The notes under the pieces were generated by a model that saw only the letters and a list, made by a program, of their open reading frames with translations, ran no database searches and was not told where the DNA came from. The translations under genes were made by a program, and so were the position numbers. From positions 682,001 through 746,000 of the forward strand of contig NIVC01000114.1 in the NCBI GenBank assembly GCA_002269645.1: a DNA stretch of 64,000 bases. The letters run 5' to 3'. This document shows, one piece after another, positions 11,690 through 24,100 of the stretch. The stretch comes from Macrostomum lignano. Its lineage: Eukaryota. Position 1 is the first letter of the stretch. Every line of letters starts with the position of its first letter.

Positions 11690-12290
11690 TTTAGCACCAG
11701 GGGCTTTAGCACCAGGGGCTTTAGCACCAGGGGCTTTAGCACCAGGGGCTTTAGCACCAGGGGCTTTAGCACCAGGGGCTTTAGCACCAGGGGCTTTAGC
11801 ACCAGGGGCTTTAGCACCAGGGGCTTTAGCACCAGGGGCTTTAGCACCAGGGGCTTTAGCACCAGGGGCTTTAGCACCAGGGGCTTTAGCACCAGGGGCT
11901 TTAGCACCAGGGGCTTTAGCACCAGGGGCTTTAGCACCAGGGGCTTTAGCACCAGGGGCTTTAGCACCAGGGGCTTAGCACCAGGGGCTTTAGCACCAGG
12001 GGCTTTAGCACCAGGGGCTTTAGCACCAGGGGCTTTAGCACCAGGGGCTTTAGCACCAGGGGCTTTAGCACCAGGGGCTTTAGCACCAGGGGCTTTAGCA
12101 CCAGGGGCGCCAGAACCAGGGGCTTTAGCAGCAAGGGCTTTAGCACCAGGGGCTTTAGCACCAGGAGCTTTACCACCAAGGGCTTTAGCACCAGGGGCTT
12201 TAGCACCAGGGGCTTTAGCACCAGGGGCTTTAACACCAGGGGCTTTAGCACCAGGGGCGCCAGCACCAGGGGCGCCAGCACCAAGGGCGA
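11690..12290. repeat. 15-bp satellite (GGGGCTTTAGCACCA)n with a GGGGCGCCAGCACCA variant
   Basis: Tandem array; the same family occurs at 28428-28490, 29515-30228 and 56546-56655. Confidence 0.95.
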
Positions 12291-12949
12291 CGTGACCTTT
12301 AGTGATATGAAATACCCCAACTTGAAAGTCTTTTTAAAAACTATTTAAAAATTTTTCGCCCTAATCCGGAGTTGTAGGTTCATAAGTTTTCCAGGCATAT
12401 TTTCGGCTGCGAAAATACTTGAAAATGCTATCATGGAGTTTTTAAAGGTTAAATCTGTCTTCCCATTATAGTAATTCGTTAATAATCATCATAAGGTAAT
12501 TTCTACACGAGCTTTATACCCCAGTGCTGGCAACGTTTTATTGGCATGAAAAATAAAATTTCAGCTGTTGATATGGCCTTGGAAACTTCGAAAAAAAATA
12601 CCTGGCTAACTCAGTATTTATTATATACATAAAATTGGCACACATACCAAGGACGACTTAAGTAGAATGGACGGGAGACCCCGTTTCTTAGAAAATTTAA
12701 AAGACAGGTTTTTCCGAAAAAATACACTACGAAGATAGGAAGTTTTCATTTTTCAGCACAAAAACTGCTACTGCTTTTGATAGGAGGCAGATCCAGTGTT
12801 CATTTTTTTATATGTTGTGCTTTTTTTATTGCTCTATCGATATTCATAAAGCTTTTCGTTCAGAAAATTAGGTTAATCATATTATAACATTCATAAATAG
12901 CTCAACAACAAACTACAACAACCTTGGGCAAGCCAACTAAATTGGGTTG

Positions 12950-13550
12950 CTGTCAAAATGCGCGCAAGCACAGATTTGCGCACAATAGCGAGTCCGCGGG
13001 GATCGGAGATTTCAGCGTCTCTTAAAAGCAGGTCGACAAAACGCAGACTTCTCGCCTGACCAAGCCGGCGCGGCCCTTGGAGGGAGAGCAGCAGCACGTC
13101 TGGAAGCGGCTCAAGGCAGCACTGCTCTGCCCGGATGACGTGGCCGGCCAGCTGTAGGTGCCGGATGCGCAGCAGCTGGCTGGGTCGGGAGAGCTGGGCC
13201 CGTCGGTAAAACTCGTCGGTGTCCACGTTTCAGCGTTGTAAAGGAGGACGGTTTCAGTGACGGCCTGGAACAGCCGCCCTCTCAGCCGATCCGGCAGCGC
13301 GGGGCTCTGCAGGACAGTCCGCACGGTGCGGAATGCGCCCCAGGCAAGCGCCCTGCGCCGTGCCGTGTCCTCCATGATGCTTGGCGCCAGACCACCGACG
13401 TAGACGATCACTCTTTGCAGCGGGGCAGCAACGCCACCTGCCCGTTCGTGCAGCGGCAGTAGATCTCAGCTGGGAGGTTCGTCGGCACGGTCAGCACCAT
13501 CGTCTTTTTGGTATTCCCGGACAGTCCGAAATAGTCCAACTGGAACTCGC
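12950..13550 (-). mobile_element. RTE-like LINE, truncated 3' fragment
   Basis: Peptides RRRALAWGAF...LRGRLFQAVTETVLLYNAETW and RIRHLQLAGHVIRAE...QGPRRLGQAR..FVD are typical of the post-RT region of RTE-group LINEs. Frameshifted and internally deleted. Confidence 0.75.
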
Positions 13551-13774
13551 TCACCAACAGTCACTAAGCAAAAGCAAATTCACCAGTTGCATGAGCAATT
13601 GTACAAGTATTGTGCAATGGACAATTGGAAATACTAGCTCATGTTCTCAACATACATATTTTCTAATTATTCGTACTGATTTAAATTGACCTTCACGCTG
13701 AGCTAATGCCAATGACTCTAGAAACTACTAGAGTCATTTGCAATTCTCATTACGATTAATTCGAATTATGATTA

Positions 13775-14400
13775 ATTCGGTTTGTCGACGTGACATCAAG
13801 CGTCTGCCTAGTTGTCAACACGCTGAAGTCCAAGGTGCTGACCATCCTAGCCGATATCCCAACGGAGCTGCCATGCCGCTGCGAAGACGGGCAGATGATT
13901 ATAGGCTCGAGAACTGCCAGCGGAACACCTACCTCGGAGGTCTGGTACCCACCCGGCGCCAGGACGACATCCGGCGCTCGAAAGGACAGTCCTGGATGGC
14001 CCACAGGTCGATTCGCTGCCCGACCGATTGCCAGAGGGCTCGGCTGTGGCAGGCGGTGGTGGTCGAGACCGTCCTGTTCTACACTGCCGAGACGTGGACT
14101 TTAGCGGCCACGCTGGAGGGGCAGCTGGCCTGGACGCCTTTTAAGCTGATGAGTGTCCGGTCCGAAGACCTGTAACAGAGGACTTAGCTACAGCGCCCAT
14201 CCACCATCCTGCACCGGCGGCAACGTCAACTGGTAAGCCACGTGAACCAGGTTGAGAGCTACTGCCTTCAAGCCCGTTCAGGATGTCCTGCTGCCCACTT
14301 TGCCGGGACCGCTTAGGTGGGGTCAAGCGAGGACCCGAGGTACGTAGACTGCATCCTGAGCGACGCTGGGGCGCCAGACACCTTCAATTGGCTTTACAAG
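13775..14400 (+). mobile_element. RTE-like LINE, degenerate fragment
   Basis: LVVNTLKSKVLT...TYLGG...RARLWQAVVVETVLFYTAETWTL; same family as the adjacent minus-strand fragment, with frameshifts. Confidence 0.65.
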
Positions 14401-14658
14401 TTCGCTCGCTGACGCATCGATGTGACATCTGACGCTCTCTCCACTAACTGGGGGACTAAGTATTTTGATTTTGTTGCTTTTTCTATTTCGATATCTATCG
14501 GTGCAAACCATTTTTTTGTTATTGCTAGTGCAGACTGCTCTTTTTTTGACATACGCGTCTTATGGTTATATGTGCGTCTATAATGGCTCATTTCTCTTTG
14601 TTTGCTAAAATTTTGATCGATAAAAGGTAATTCATTTTAATTTTTTCTATCCACTTGT

Positions 14659-14817
14659 AAGTATGGCGTCAACAATGTCACTCTATCGGAGGCCGGGCGA
14701 CCAGTTTAGCGAAGGAGAGACGTACCGGCCCAGGGGGTACACCCAGCAGGCAAAAGTCTCCGCGTCGAGCAGTAGAGAGTTCGCACTCGAGAATAAACGG
14801 GTAAGCCCAGCTAATAC
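14659..14817 (+). pseudogene. 5'-truncated 7SL (SRP) RNA pseudogene (S-domain only)
   Basis: Matches the S domain of the 31082-31393 gene, identically over AAGGAGAGACGTACCGGCCCAGGGGGTACACCCAGCAGGCAAAAGTCTCCGCGTCGAGCAGTAGAG. The 5' Alu part is missing and the flanks are degenerate. Confidence 0.85.
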
Positions 14818-15196
14818 AAGCTATAAAATGTAGCTACAGCACTATAAATTTTTGCAGTTTCTCTTTGTAAACAATGCTACCCTACGGTTTTATAGTATCA
14901 TTAAGTTCCAGATTGTCATGATGCTTTCCAGATGCATTTCAGAAGATGCAAGGAGTTTTTTACATGTACTTTAAATAGTATAAGGAAAGTAAAATGTATA
15001 GTTGTTAAGACGTAATTTTTTTTCAAAAGGATGCAAACTGGGATGTGATCAGGCACAAGTATTTGTTCAAAGTACGAGCGCTCGTAAAATTTTGGTGAAA
15101 AGTTTTAGGATTGAAAGCATATTTACAATCAATAGGATTTCAAAAACAATGGCAGCATGATTGTTCGCAACAAACATATTGAAAGTTATTGAATGC

Positions 15197-18100
15197 TCAG
15201 AAAAACACCTCCTGTGGACAAGGCGGCATTCCGTCCGGTCTCAGGTGTCCAACTCGAACACCGGTTGGGCCGTTCAAGTCGAATCTGTCCCAAACCCACG
15301 GGCTTCGATGCTTCTCGTCGTGAGCTCGTCGGAGCTTCAGGAAAACAAGAATACCTGCAGGTGAAAATGATTTGAACAGAATAACGAAGCCTCGCTCGTT
15401 AGTTATGTAAAACAACGGACTCACCAATGCAGGCGCCAATGATAATGATCGTGGATGAAACAATTCCTGCGATCAATGCACTCGCACTTCTAGGCGAGTC
15501 TTTATTTGAATCCTTGTCAGAACACGTAGGACCTTGCCACCCATCTGCACACTCACATCTGTAACACATTGGAGTCAGATGCGGTGATAGAATACAATTT
15601 GGGTTACTACTCGTATTTAGCTACCTTAACTAAACTTACCTATAGGTGACAAAGAAAATATTCAAACACGTAGCGCCATTCTGACAAGATTTTGAAGTCT
15701 CACAAGGAGTTTCAGCTTCAGTGATAAAAGCGACTCCTTCTGACTTGCTGGCAACAATGGCTGCTGGAAGCCTGTCGGTCCAACTAAAATCGTTTTGCAC
15801 GAGGATCAACGCCCAATCCGAATTAATTTTAAGGGCACCAATAACACCTCGAAACGCAGAAATATTGGATGAAAGAAGCCGAGCAACGGCAGTTGGCAGT
15901 GACGCCAGCGATCGTCTTGATCGCCTGCTGGGATTAAACGATGGAGCCGGAGCTGGCTTGGCGCCGCTGAAGCCGCCGATGATGAGCTGGCCTGACAGCT
16001 GCGGCAGCGGACTCGCACTGCTTAGCGATGCAGAACTGACTGAAGATGACACTGACAGTGACAGCGAGCGACCCGATATCGACACGGAGATATTTACGGA
16101 GACGAAGCTGCCGGTGGCCACCGTGTCTGGGGATGTCAAGGCTGAAATGTGGGAGCCGTTGCTGTGTAATAATTGGGCGGACAGACGGCCTTCGTGATCG
16201 ATCTGAAAATATTGAAACGAACATTGACTTTTAGAGATGAAAAAATGAATATAATACAATCCACAAAAGAGCACCATAATGGACACTGACCGTAGCGAGA
16301 AGTCTCGGAGTGGTCGCCGAGTCGCTCGGGTCGCCCAGCAGCAGCAGAAACGCTCCTCGAGACAAAGTCACCAGCCTCAGCTCAATCGTCCACGAGTCTC
16401 CGCCAGACAAACTTGACGCATTTGGCAGAGAAGCGAAACTCGCAGACGATACAAGTCCGCTTATGCCGAACGAGTACTGTGGAAGCAGCACGGAGCAGTT
16501 TTTGCCTCCGAAGTGAGCGAGGCAGCCGGTGCAGGCATAATCCGCTACCAGGTCCTTGCAGACGGCTCCGTTCTGACACGGCTGTCCGAACCGCTCGCAC
16601 TCGTTGATATCGACTGAGCAGGTCGGGCCCTCGTAGCCGGGCAGGCAGTCGCAGGTGAAACTTCTGACACCGTCGGTGCACCTGCCGCCGTGCTGGCACG
16701 GGCTCGACGCGCAATCCTCGATCTTGGAGCTGCAGGTGTCGCCTTGGAAGTCGACGCGAGAGCAATCGCAGGTGAACCTGAAATGATGACGTTGATTTTA
16801 TTTCGCTAGATTTGGCTTTTGTTATCTGAATTGTACACAATTGGCAAACATGTTTTCATTGTGCTTGCGGTTTTTAATTAGTGACATTATTTTACTAAAA
16901 ATGCCTGTTTTCAAGCCTCACATACATATAAATGTGTGATTTAAACTGATGTAAAAACTTCTGTTCTGACCAGCAATGACCTAAATCAATACGTTTCCCC
17001 AATGCGTTCTTTCTTATATTATCAGACTCAACGATTGCAATAATGTGAGAAGCGTTTAGCAGTAACTTTCCGTTAATAGTATACACCATTTTACCTCCTA
17101 TTTTGAAAAAAAGTCTTGTTCAAAAGAAACTAGCAGTACTTCAATTCAAACACTAAGAAATATCAGTCCTCGCGGAAATTCAATTCAAACAAGGTCCCTT
17201 TTTATTGAAACAGAAGACATTTAATTCAGACTGTCTGTGGCCAAAATTGTCCACAAAGTGACGCCCATGCGCAGATTTAAAATTCAAAAGAAACAAAGTT
17301 ACATTCTATTCCAGCAAAGAGATAAAACACAGCATATTATCGAAAATAAGAGTAAAATAAAAAACAGGAACATGACAAGAAGGACAAGACAAGATAGAAA
17401 AATTGGAGCAATGGAAGAGGTCAAAGATAAAATTGACAACACGACACGAACCATCGCCACTCATCCAACATCCAATCGTATAGAGCATTAAGCAGCGGCT
17501 CTGCTCTCTGTTTGGTGGGTCACTGGGTCCGACAGAAGTTCAGGTGAGTGCTCGGGAATGTGTGAATGTCTGCTTACCCACAATATTATATAATATACAA
17601 ATTTATATAAGTAACGCAGAAGCAGATCATGCGATGAAGACATCAGGTTTTTATCCTCACTTTTAGCGATTGGCAGCTTGAAAGCGAGGTATTATTGCCA
17701 TGTTGTATAGCAGCTCGCGTTTTCGTGTCGGCTTTGTGACAACTTAACAAATGCACAAAAATGCTTTAAAGCACGATGGAAACACTCGGAAATCTAACTT
17801 CCAGGTCCTTAAAATACGTATTAATAACTATATACATGTATGATAGAAGCGAACCTAGTACCTGTATGCCACTAAGAACCCAACCCCGAAGACGCTGTCT
17901 AGAGCACGCACACTCAAGAACCGAACCACAAGGCAACTTCAGCACCTAGAAGCATCTAACCCCAATCAATCGACCCTAAGCTCAAACCCAAAGCACCCAA
18001 AAAGAACTCAACCGCAAGCACCCAACCACAACCCATCCTCAAGCACCCAACCACTATGCAACCCCAAGCATCTAACTCAACAAGGACGCAATCGTAACCC

Positions 18101-21100
18101 AACAACAAGAACCCAACTCAAAGTACCTAACTACAAAGCAACCAGAAGCTAGACTCAAACCTAACAACCCGACACCAAGAACGAAGTCTCAAGCACCCAT
18201 CAACAACTCAACCCCAGCACCCAACAACGATCCAAATCTAAGCACTTACCCCAACACAAGCACTCAGGTACAACCCATCTCCAATCAAGCAACCCAACGC
18301 ATCTACCCCTGACACCCAGCCAGAGCTAACCCAACCCAAAACACTCAGCAAAACCTATTCCCAGGCACCCAACCTCAAATACGCAACAGCAAGTACCCAG
18401 TCACAACCCATCAAGTACCTAATCCCAAAAATTAAGTCAGCCCAAGAAACCGAAAACAAAACTCTCTGGATTTCATGCAAATAAAACTGAAGCGCTATCC
18501 AGAACTGCAAGATTATCCCAAGGAATTAAAAACTCAACCAGCTTTGAGCCACTCACGTGGAGTTTCCATCCCTGCAGACGCCGCCGTTCTGACAGGGCCC
18601 TGACAGGCAGTAGTCAGTGTCCACTGAGCAGTTCCTGCCCTCCCAGCCTGTGAAGCAGCTGCAGCTGTAGTTTTTTACCAGGTCCGTGCACAGGCCCTTA
18701 ATGCACGGCTTGCTGGCGCAGTCGTCAATGTTGTTTTGGCACCTGTCACCTGCGAATCCCGTGTCTGTGCAGTCGCAGGTGAAGCTCCTGACACCGTCGG
18801 TGCACCTGCCGCCGTGCTGGCACGGGCTCGACGCGCAGTCATCGATCTTGGAGCTGCAGGTGGCGCCTTGGAAGTCGACGCGAGAGCAGTCGCAGCTGAA
18901 CCTGACAAGACAAAGTTGATTTCATTTCGCTATGTTTGTCTTTCGATGAGTGTTAGTGAATGGTTTAAGAAACGTCTTTTCAAGTGTCACATTCTGTAAA
19001 AATACGAGTATTTGGCTTCTTTGATTTAAATTGATACAAACTTTTTCTAAGTCCTGGGAGTCCGTGATGCTTTTAGTGACATCTGAGGAAGTTGTTTTAT
19101 TAAAAATTTTTAATTGGACTCCCCTGGGAAGGTGTGACCAGCATTGGGTAAATCAATACGATTTTCCCGTACGAGTGTGTTCTCAAATTATCAGGAAAGA
19201 CGGTCAGAATTATCTGTGAAACATATTTAAGTAAATTTTGGGTTAATGTTCTCTAAGTACTAAGAAAACTTCCAACAGTTTCTGGGGAGTTTTTGCTTGA
19301 CTATGCCTTCTGCCGTAGCAGATAATCATTTATTTAGGATTAATACTCGATTTTGCATTGTCCGTTCAAGATTCCTACAAGTAAATGATGGAAAAAACAC
19401 AAAACATGGCAGAAAACTAAAAAACGCACAGAAAGAGTTCCAAAAACCACGGCACAAAGACTCGAGAATTACCCAACCCTAAGCCTCCAACCACAATCCA
19501 ACCCCAATCCTCCAACCACAACCCAACCCAAAGCACCCAACCACAACCCAACACAAAGCACCCAACCACAACCCAAAGCACCCAACCACAACCCAACACA
19601 AAGCACCTAACCACAATCCAACACAAAGCACCCAACCACAATCCAACCCCAAGCCTCCAACCACAATCCAACCCAAAGCACCCAACCACAATCCAACCCA
19701 AAGCACCCAACCACAATCCAACCCAAAGCACCCAACCACAACCCAACACAAAGCACCCAACCACAACCCAACCCAAAGAACCCAAACACAACCCAACACA
19801 AAGCACCCAACCACAATCCAACACAAAGCACCCAACCACAATCCAACCCAAAGCCTCCAACCACAATCCAACCCAAAGCACCCAACCACAATCCAACCCC
19901 AAGCCTCCAACCACAACCCAACACAAAGCACCTAATCACAACTCAACACAAAGCCTCCAACCACAATCCAACCCCAAGCCTCCAACCACAATCCAACCCC
20001 AAGCCTCCAACCACAATCCAACCCAAAGCACCCAACCACAATCCAAACCCCAAGCACCCAACCACAACCCAACCCAAAGCACCCAACCACAACCCAACCC
20101 AAAGAACCCAAACACAACCCAACACAAAGCACCCAACCACAATCCAACACAAAGCACCCAACCACAATCCAACCCCAAGCCTCCAACCACAATCCAACCC
20201 AAAGCACCCAACCACAATCCAACCCAAAGCACCCAACCACAACCCAACACAAAGCACCCAACCACAACCCAACACAAAGCACCTAACCACAACCCAACCC
20301 AAAGAACCCAAACACAATCCAACCCCAAGCTTCCAACCACAATCCAACCCAAAGCACCCAACCACAATCCAAACCCCAAGCACCCAACCACAACCCAACA
20401 CAAAGCACCCAACCACAACCCAACACAAAGCACCCAACCACAACCCAACACAAAGCACCCAACCACAACCCAACACAAAGCACCCAACCACAACCCAACC
20501 CAAAGAACCCAAACACAATTCAACCCCAAGCCTCCAACCACAATCCAACCCAAAGCACCCAACCACAATCCAACCCAAAGCACCCAACCACAACCCCTCC
20601 TCAAGCACCCAAATCAACCCCAGCCACCCAACCTATGAAAGAATGGCTTTTAAGACAGCATTGGTTGTGGAAAGTGAGAAATAGACACGCATGTTTAAAA
20701 AGGCACTATAGCATCGATGCATTGTTATCTTGGTAGCCGTGCACGAGTGCAAATGTGATGATCGGTCAACTAAGATAGACATCTAATTGGCATCTAAAAC
20801 TGAGATGATTGTACGGTTACTTTGAACGTATCTGAGAAAGTTACATTGAGTTGCAGGAAATTAAATTTGTAAATAGCGATACATTAAAGTTACAATCCGA
20901 CACAACCCTAACAAACCCGAAGGACTCAACTACAAGCACCCATGCAGATAGAACTGCAGCACAATTCAAAATTGCAAGATTATACCAAAAAAGTAAAAAC
21001 ACAATCGGTTTTGAGTCACTCACGTGGAATTTCCGTCGCTGCAGACGCCGCCGTTCTGACAGGGCCCTGACAGGCAGTAGTCAGTGTCCACTGAGCAGCT

Positions 21101-24100
21101 CCTGCCCTCCCAGCCTGTGAAGCAGCTGCAGCTGTAGTCTTTCACCAGGTCCGTGCACAGGCCGTTGGCGCAGGGCTTGCTGGCGCAGTCATCAATGTTG
21201 TTTTGGCACCTGTCACCTGCGAATCCTGTGTCTGTGCAGTCGCAGGTGAATCTGAAATTCAAGCAGAAAACTCGGCACTCTAGTCCGGCTGCTCAGTGTG
21301 TTTCCATTGGCAGTTTTCGGTGTTCATTTTTTAACTATACAAACGACGGTTAAAAATTTCGGAGTAAGGTTTTATAGGTTCAGAGTCGTAGTTACACTGT
21401 ATATTAGTTTCAGTAGTCACTACAGAAGAAAAAAATAGAATCGAATTAGGAGAGTACCTTTCTCGAATCTTTACTAACGAAAATTGAAGAACTCAACCGC
21501 AGGGACATCAAGGTTGTAACCATGGCCCTCTCATGTCATAAATGTTTTTTTGCCAGACATCGCTAACCCCAGGTAAAAACCGGCAGTGAGGAAAGCCCAT
21601 TATGCCTCTCCGGTGTTGAGAATGCGGAGCATTTCATCTGTGAATCCCCGTCTTTTACAAAGGACAGTCTCACCTGCCTCGGCCCCAACCCGGATTTTTT
21701 CGATGCTTTCAGGCTTGAGAATTTCTGCCAGATCGCTCGCTAACTTATTGGCTACCATCCTGAAGGCACCCCAGCACCAGCTGCCTGTGGTCGCCAGGAG
21801 GTAGTATGGGAGTTGACGCCTAGAGCCCCCTGCAGCTGAGTCAAGTCAACAAGGAGAACTCACGTGCCGTTGCCATCAATGCACCTGCCGCCATTGAGGC
21901 AGACGCCCGTTGGACAGTCGTTGTGGTTGATGTTGCAGTTCCTTCCCTCCCAGCCTGTGAAGCAGCTGCAGCTGTAGTCATTCACCAAGTCTGAGCACAG
22001 GCCGTTGGCGCAGGGCTTGCTGGCACAGTCATCAATGTTGATCTCGCAGTTGGTGCCTGCATGCAGATTGAAAAATCGAAAGGAAGGAAAAAATCAGAAA
22101 CTTCAGTTTAGCGGTTGCTGTGCATATGTAGTCCTGGCTGGCTGTTGTGGTGACTCCAACAGGTCAGATAACAGCTAATACTTTCAAAGGTGAGAATTGA
22201 CTTTTTACTCATAGTTTTTTCCAAAATTTACTTTTAAACCGATCGCTTAGATTACGGAGTGGGGAAATGAGAACAAATAATCAGAGCTGGAGGAATTCTG
22301 AGAGTTGATGGATGAGGCATCTGAGATAATGAAAGGGTCCTGTGAGATGGTGGATGGGATCTGCGAGATGATGGATATGGGTGCCTGCATGCAGATTTCA
22401 AAGTCGAAAGGGAAAAAATATAGTCAGGACCTTCCGCTTAGGCGTATCAGTCCTGACTGGCTTTTGTCGTGAATCCTCTTAACTCTTCAATGCTTCACTA
22501 ATACACAACAGAATTCGAAATTTTAACCTGGAAGCGAAGGTACTTTTCTGAGCGCGAATTTCGGAAGAGTGTCCCTAACAGTGGGCACAGCTCACATCAA
22601 ATGTGAAATCTATAAGAAATGGATGCTTAGTGTAGAAATACCTAAATTCTTATAAGCATATTGGTAGGTTGAAAGATAGTCTATAATTTATTTCAGTATC
22701 ATAGACTGTTGGGAAATGTGATGAATTGTTGAGATCGTTTTGACACAGGAGTTCAAGGCATAGCCCCCCTCAGGCCTTACTTAGCTTTGCACAAAGACAC
22801 TGCACAGAAGACTTAGGCTTAAGCAAAAAGACTCCTTTTTGCTGTAAAGACTATCGGACCGCTTGTTCAGATTGTGGTTCTCTGAGAATTGTAACATGGA
22901 CTACAAATGTACGAGTACTACAATCAACTGTCATTCTAACTACGTGCAAAAGAATTTCACAAGGAATTCTGAAATGGACATCAGAAGTTCATTTTTCGAA
23001 TTGCTCTACACGATCCACTGCTTCTTCTAGAATGGCTGCAGCCTATTCGAAGAGAAAACTACAGTCCAATAAAAGAATCAAGATTGTGCTAGCTCCTTGC
23101 ACTTCAAGAACGATGCCTTCATCGACGCGTTCCAGGACACAAATTCTCGTCAAAAAGTGCGCTAACAGTATTTTATCAGCTTCTTGAACGACTCAATGTC
23201 AGCAACAACAGATCAGAGGCACCAGATCAAGTAAGACCGAATGGAAAATGCAAATGTGGAGTTCCTCATTCAGGATGAGATTGCCTCGCTTGCTGACATC
23301 AAAGTGCAGCTTTGAGTGCAACCTGATTGCCGCCGACTTTGTTGTTTTGCCAAAGCCAGCTAAAATAGAATTTCTCATTGTTTACTTAGAGAGTGGAAAT
23401 GTCCCTGAGTTACTCTGCTCTCTGCACATTCGTGACGACTTCACCGTTTCTACAAGCGTCAAAGAACTCCCGGTGCAGTGGAAGAGATTGGCTCGATTTT
23501 TGGACGACGGTCAGGTTCGGCTATTTTCGCAAATTTAAAATCTGCTTGTGTAGTGAGCCGCTAGTTTATGGTTAGGCGTCGCCCTTGTCAGCCGTTCCCT
23601 TGCCCTCCCTTTGGGTTGCTGTCTGCCGCTGGTCAGCTTCCCGCCCTCCTTTCGCTTGCCTGTTGCCCCCGTGTCCTTTCCGCCCTGCTGCGTTTCCGTT
23701 CTCAGCCCTCAGTCTCTCGACTGTGGGCTGTCTCTGTTTCGCTTCCGTCCTGTTTTCCTCTGTCATGTGAGCAAGTCACATGACAGTTCTTGCGTTCTTT
23801 GAGTCTTAAAGTGCAGTAAACATGTTTACTGCACTCGCTGCCCCTGTTTACCGGGTGAGTCACGTGCTTTCGGACCCCTCCCTTCTCTAAGGAGAGGAGT
23901 GACTCATGTTGCTAAAAATAGCAACTGAGTCACAGCCGCGTGTACTCTGGCCGGGGACCTCAAGTGACGTCAGTTCTAAAATAGAACAAGTCACGAGGTC
24001 TTCCGCACGCTTGTACCCTGCCCAGGACTCTCGAGTGACGTCAGTTCTAAAAATAGAACAAGTCACGAGGTCTTGTGCGCGGGTGTTTCCCGGCTATAAA

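Noticed and set aside
11607-12320. (GALAP)n and (LKPLV)n ORFs, also at 29412-30218 and 56538-56756
   Set aside because: Translation artefacts of the 15-bp satellite, with no splice or start context.
14140-14175. Second hammerhead-like string CTGATGAG...CCGAAG
   Set aside because: It lacks the GAAA box and convincing stems.
19417-20617. Hydrophobic Trp/Gly/Val-rich ORFs suggesting membrane proteins
   Set aside because: Antisense reading of an AC-rich minisatellite in an intron of gene E.
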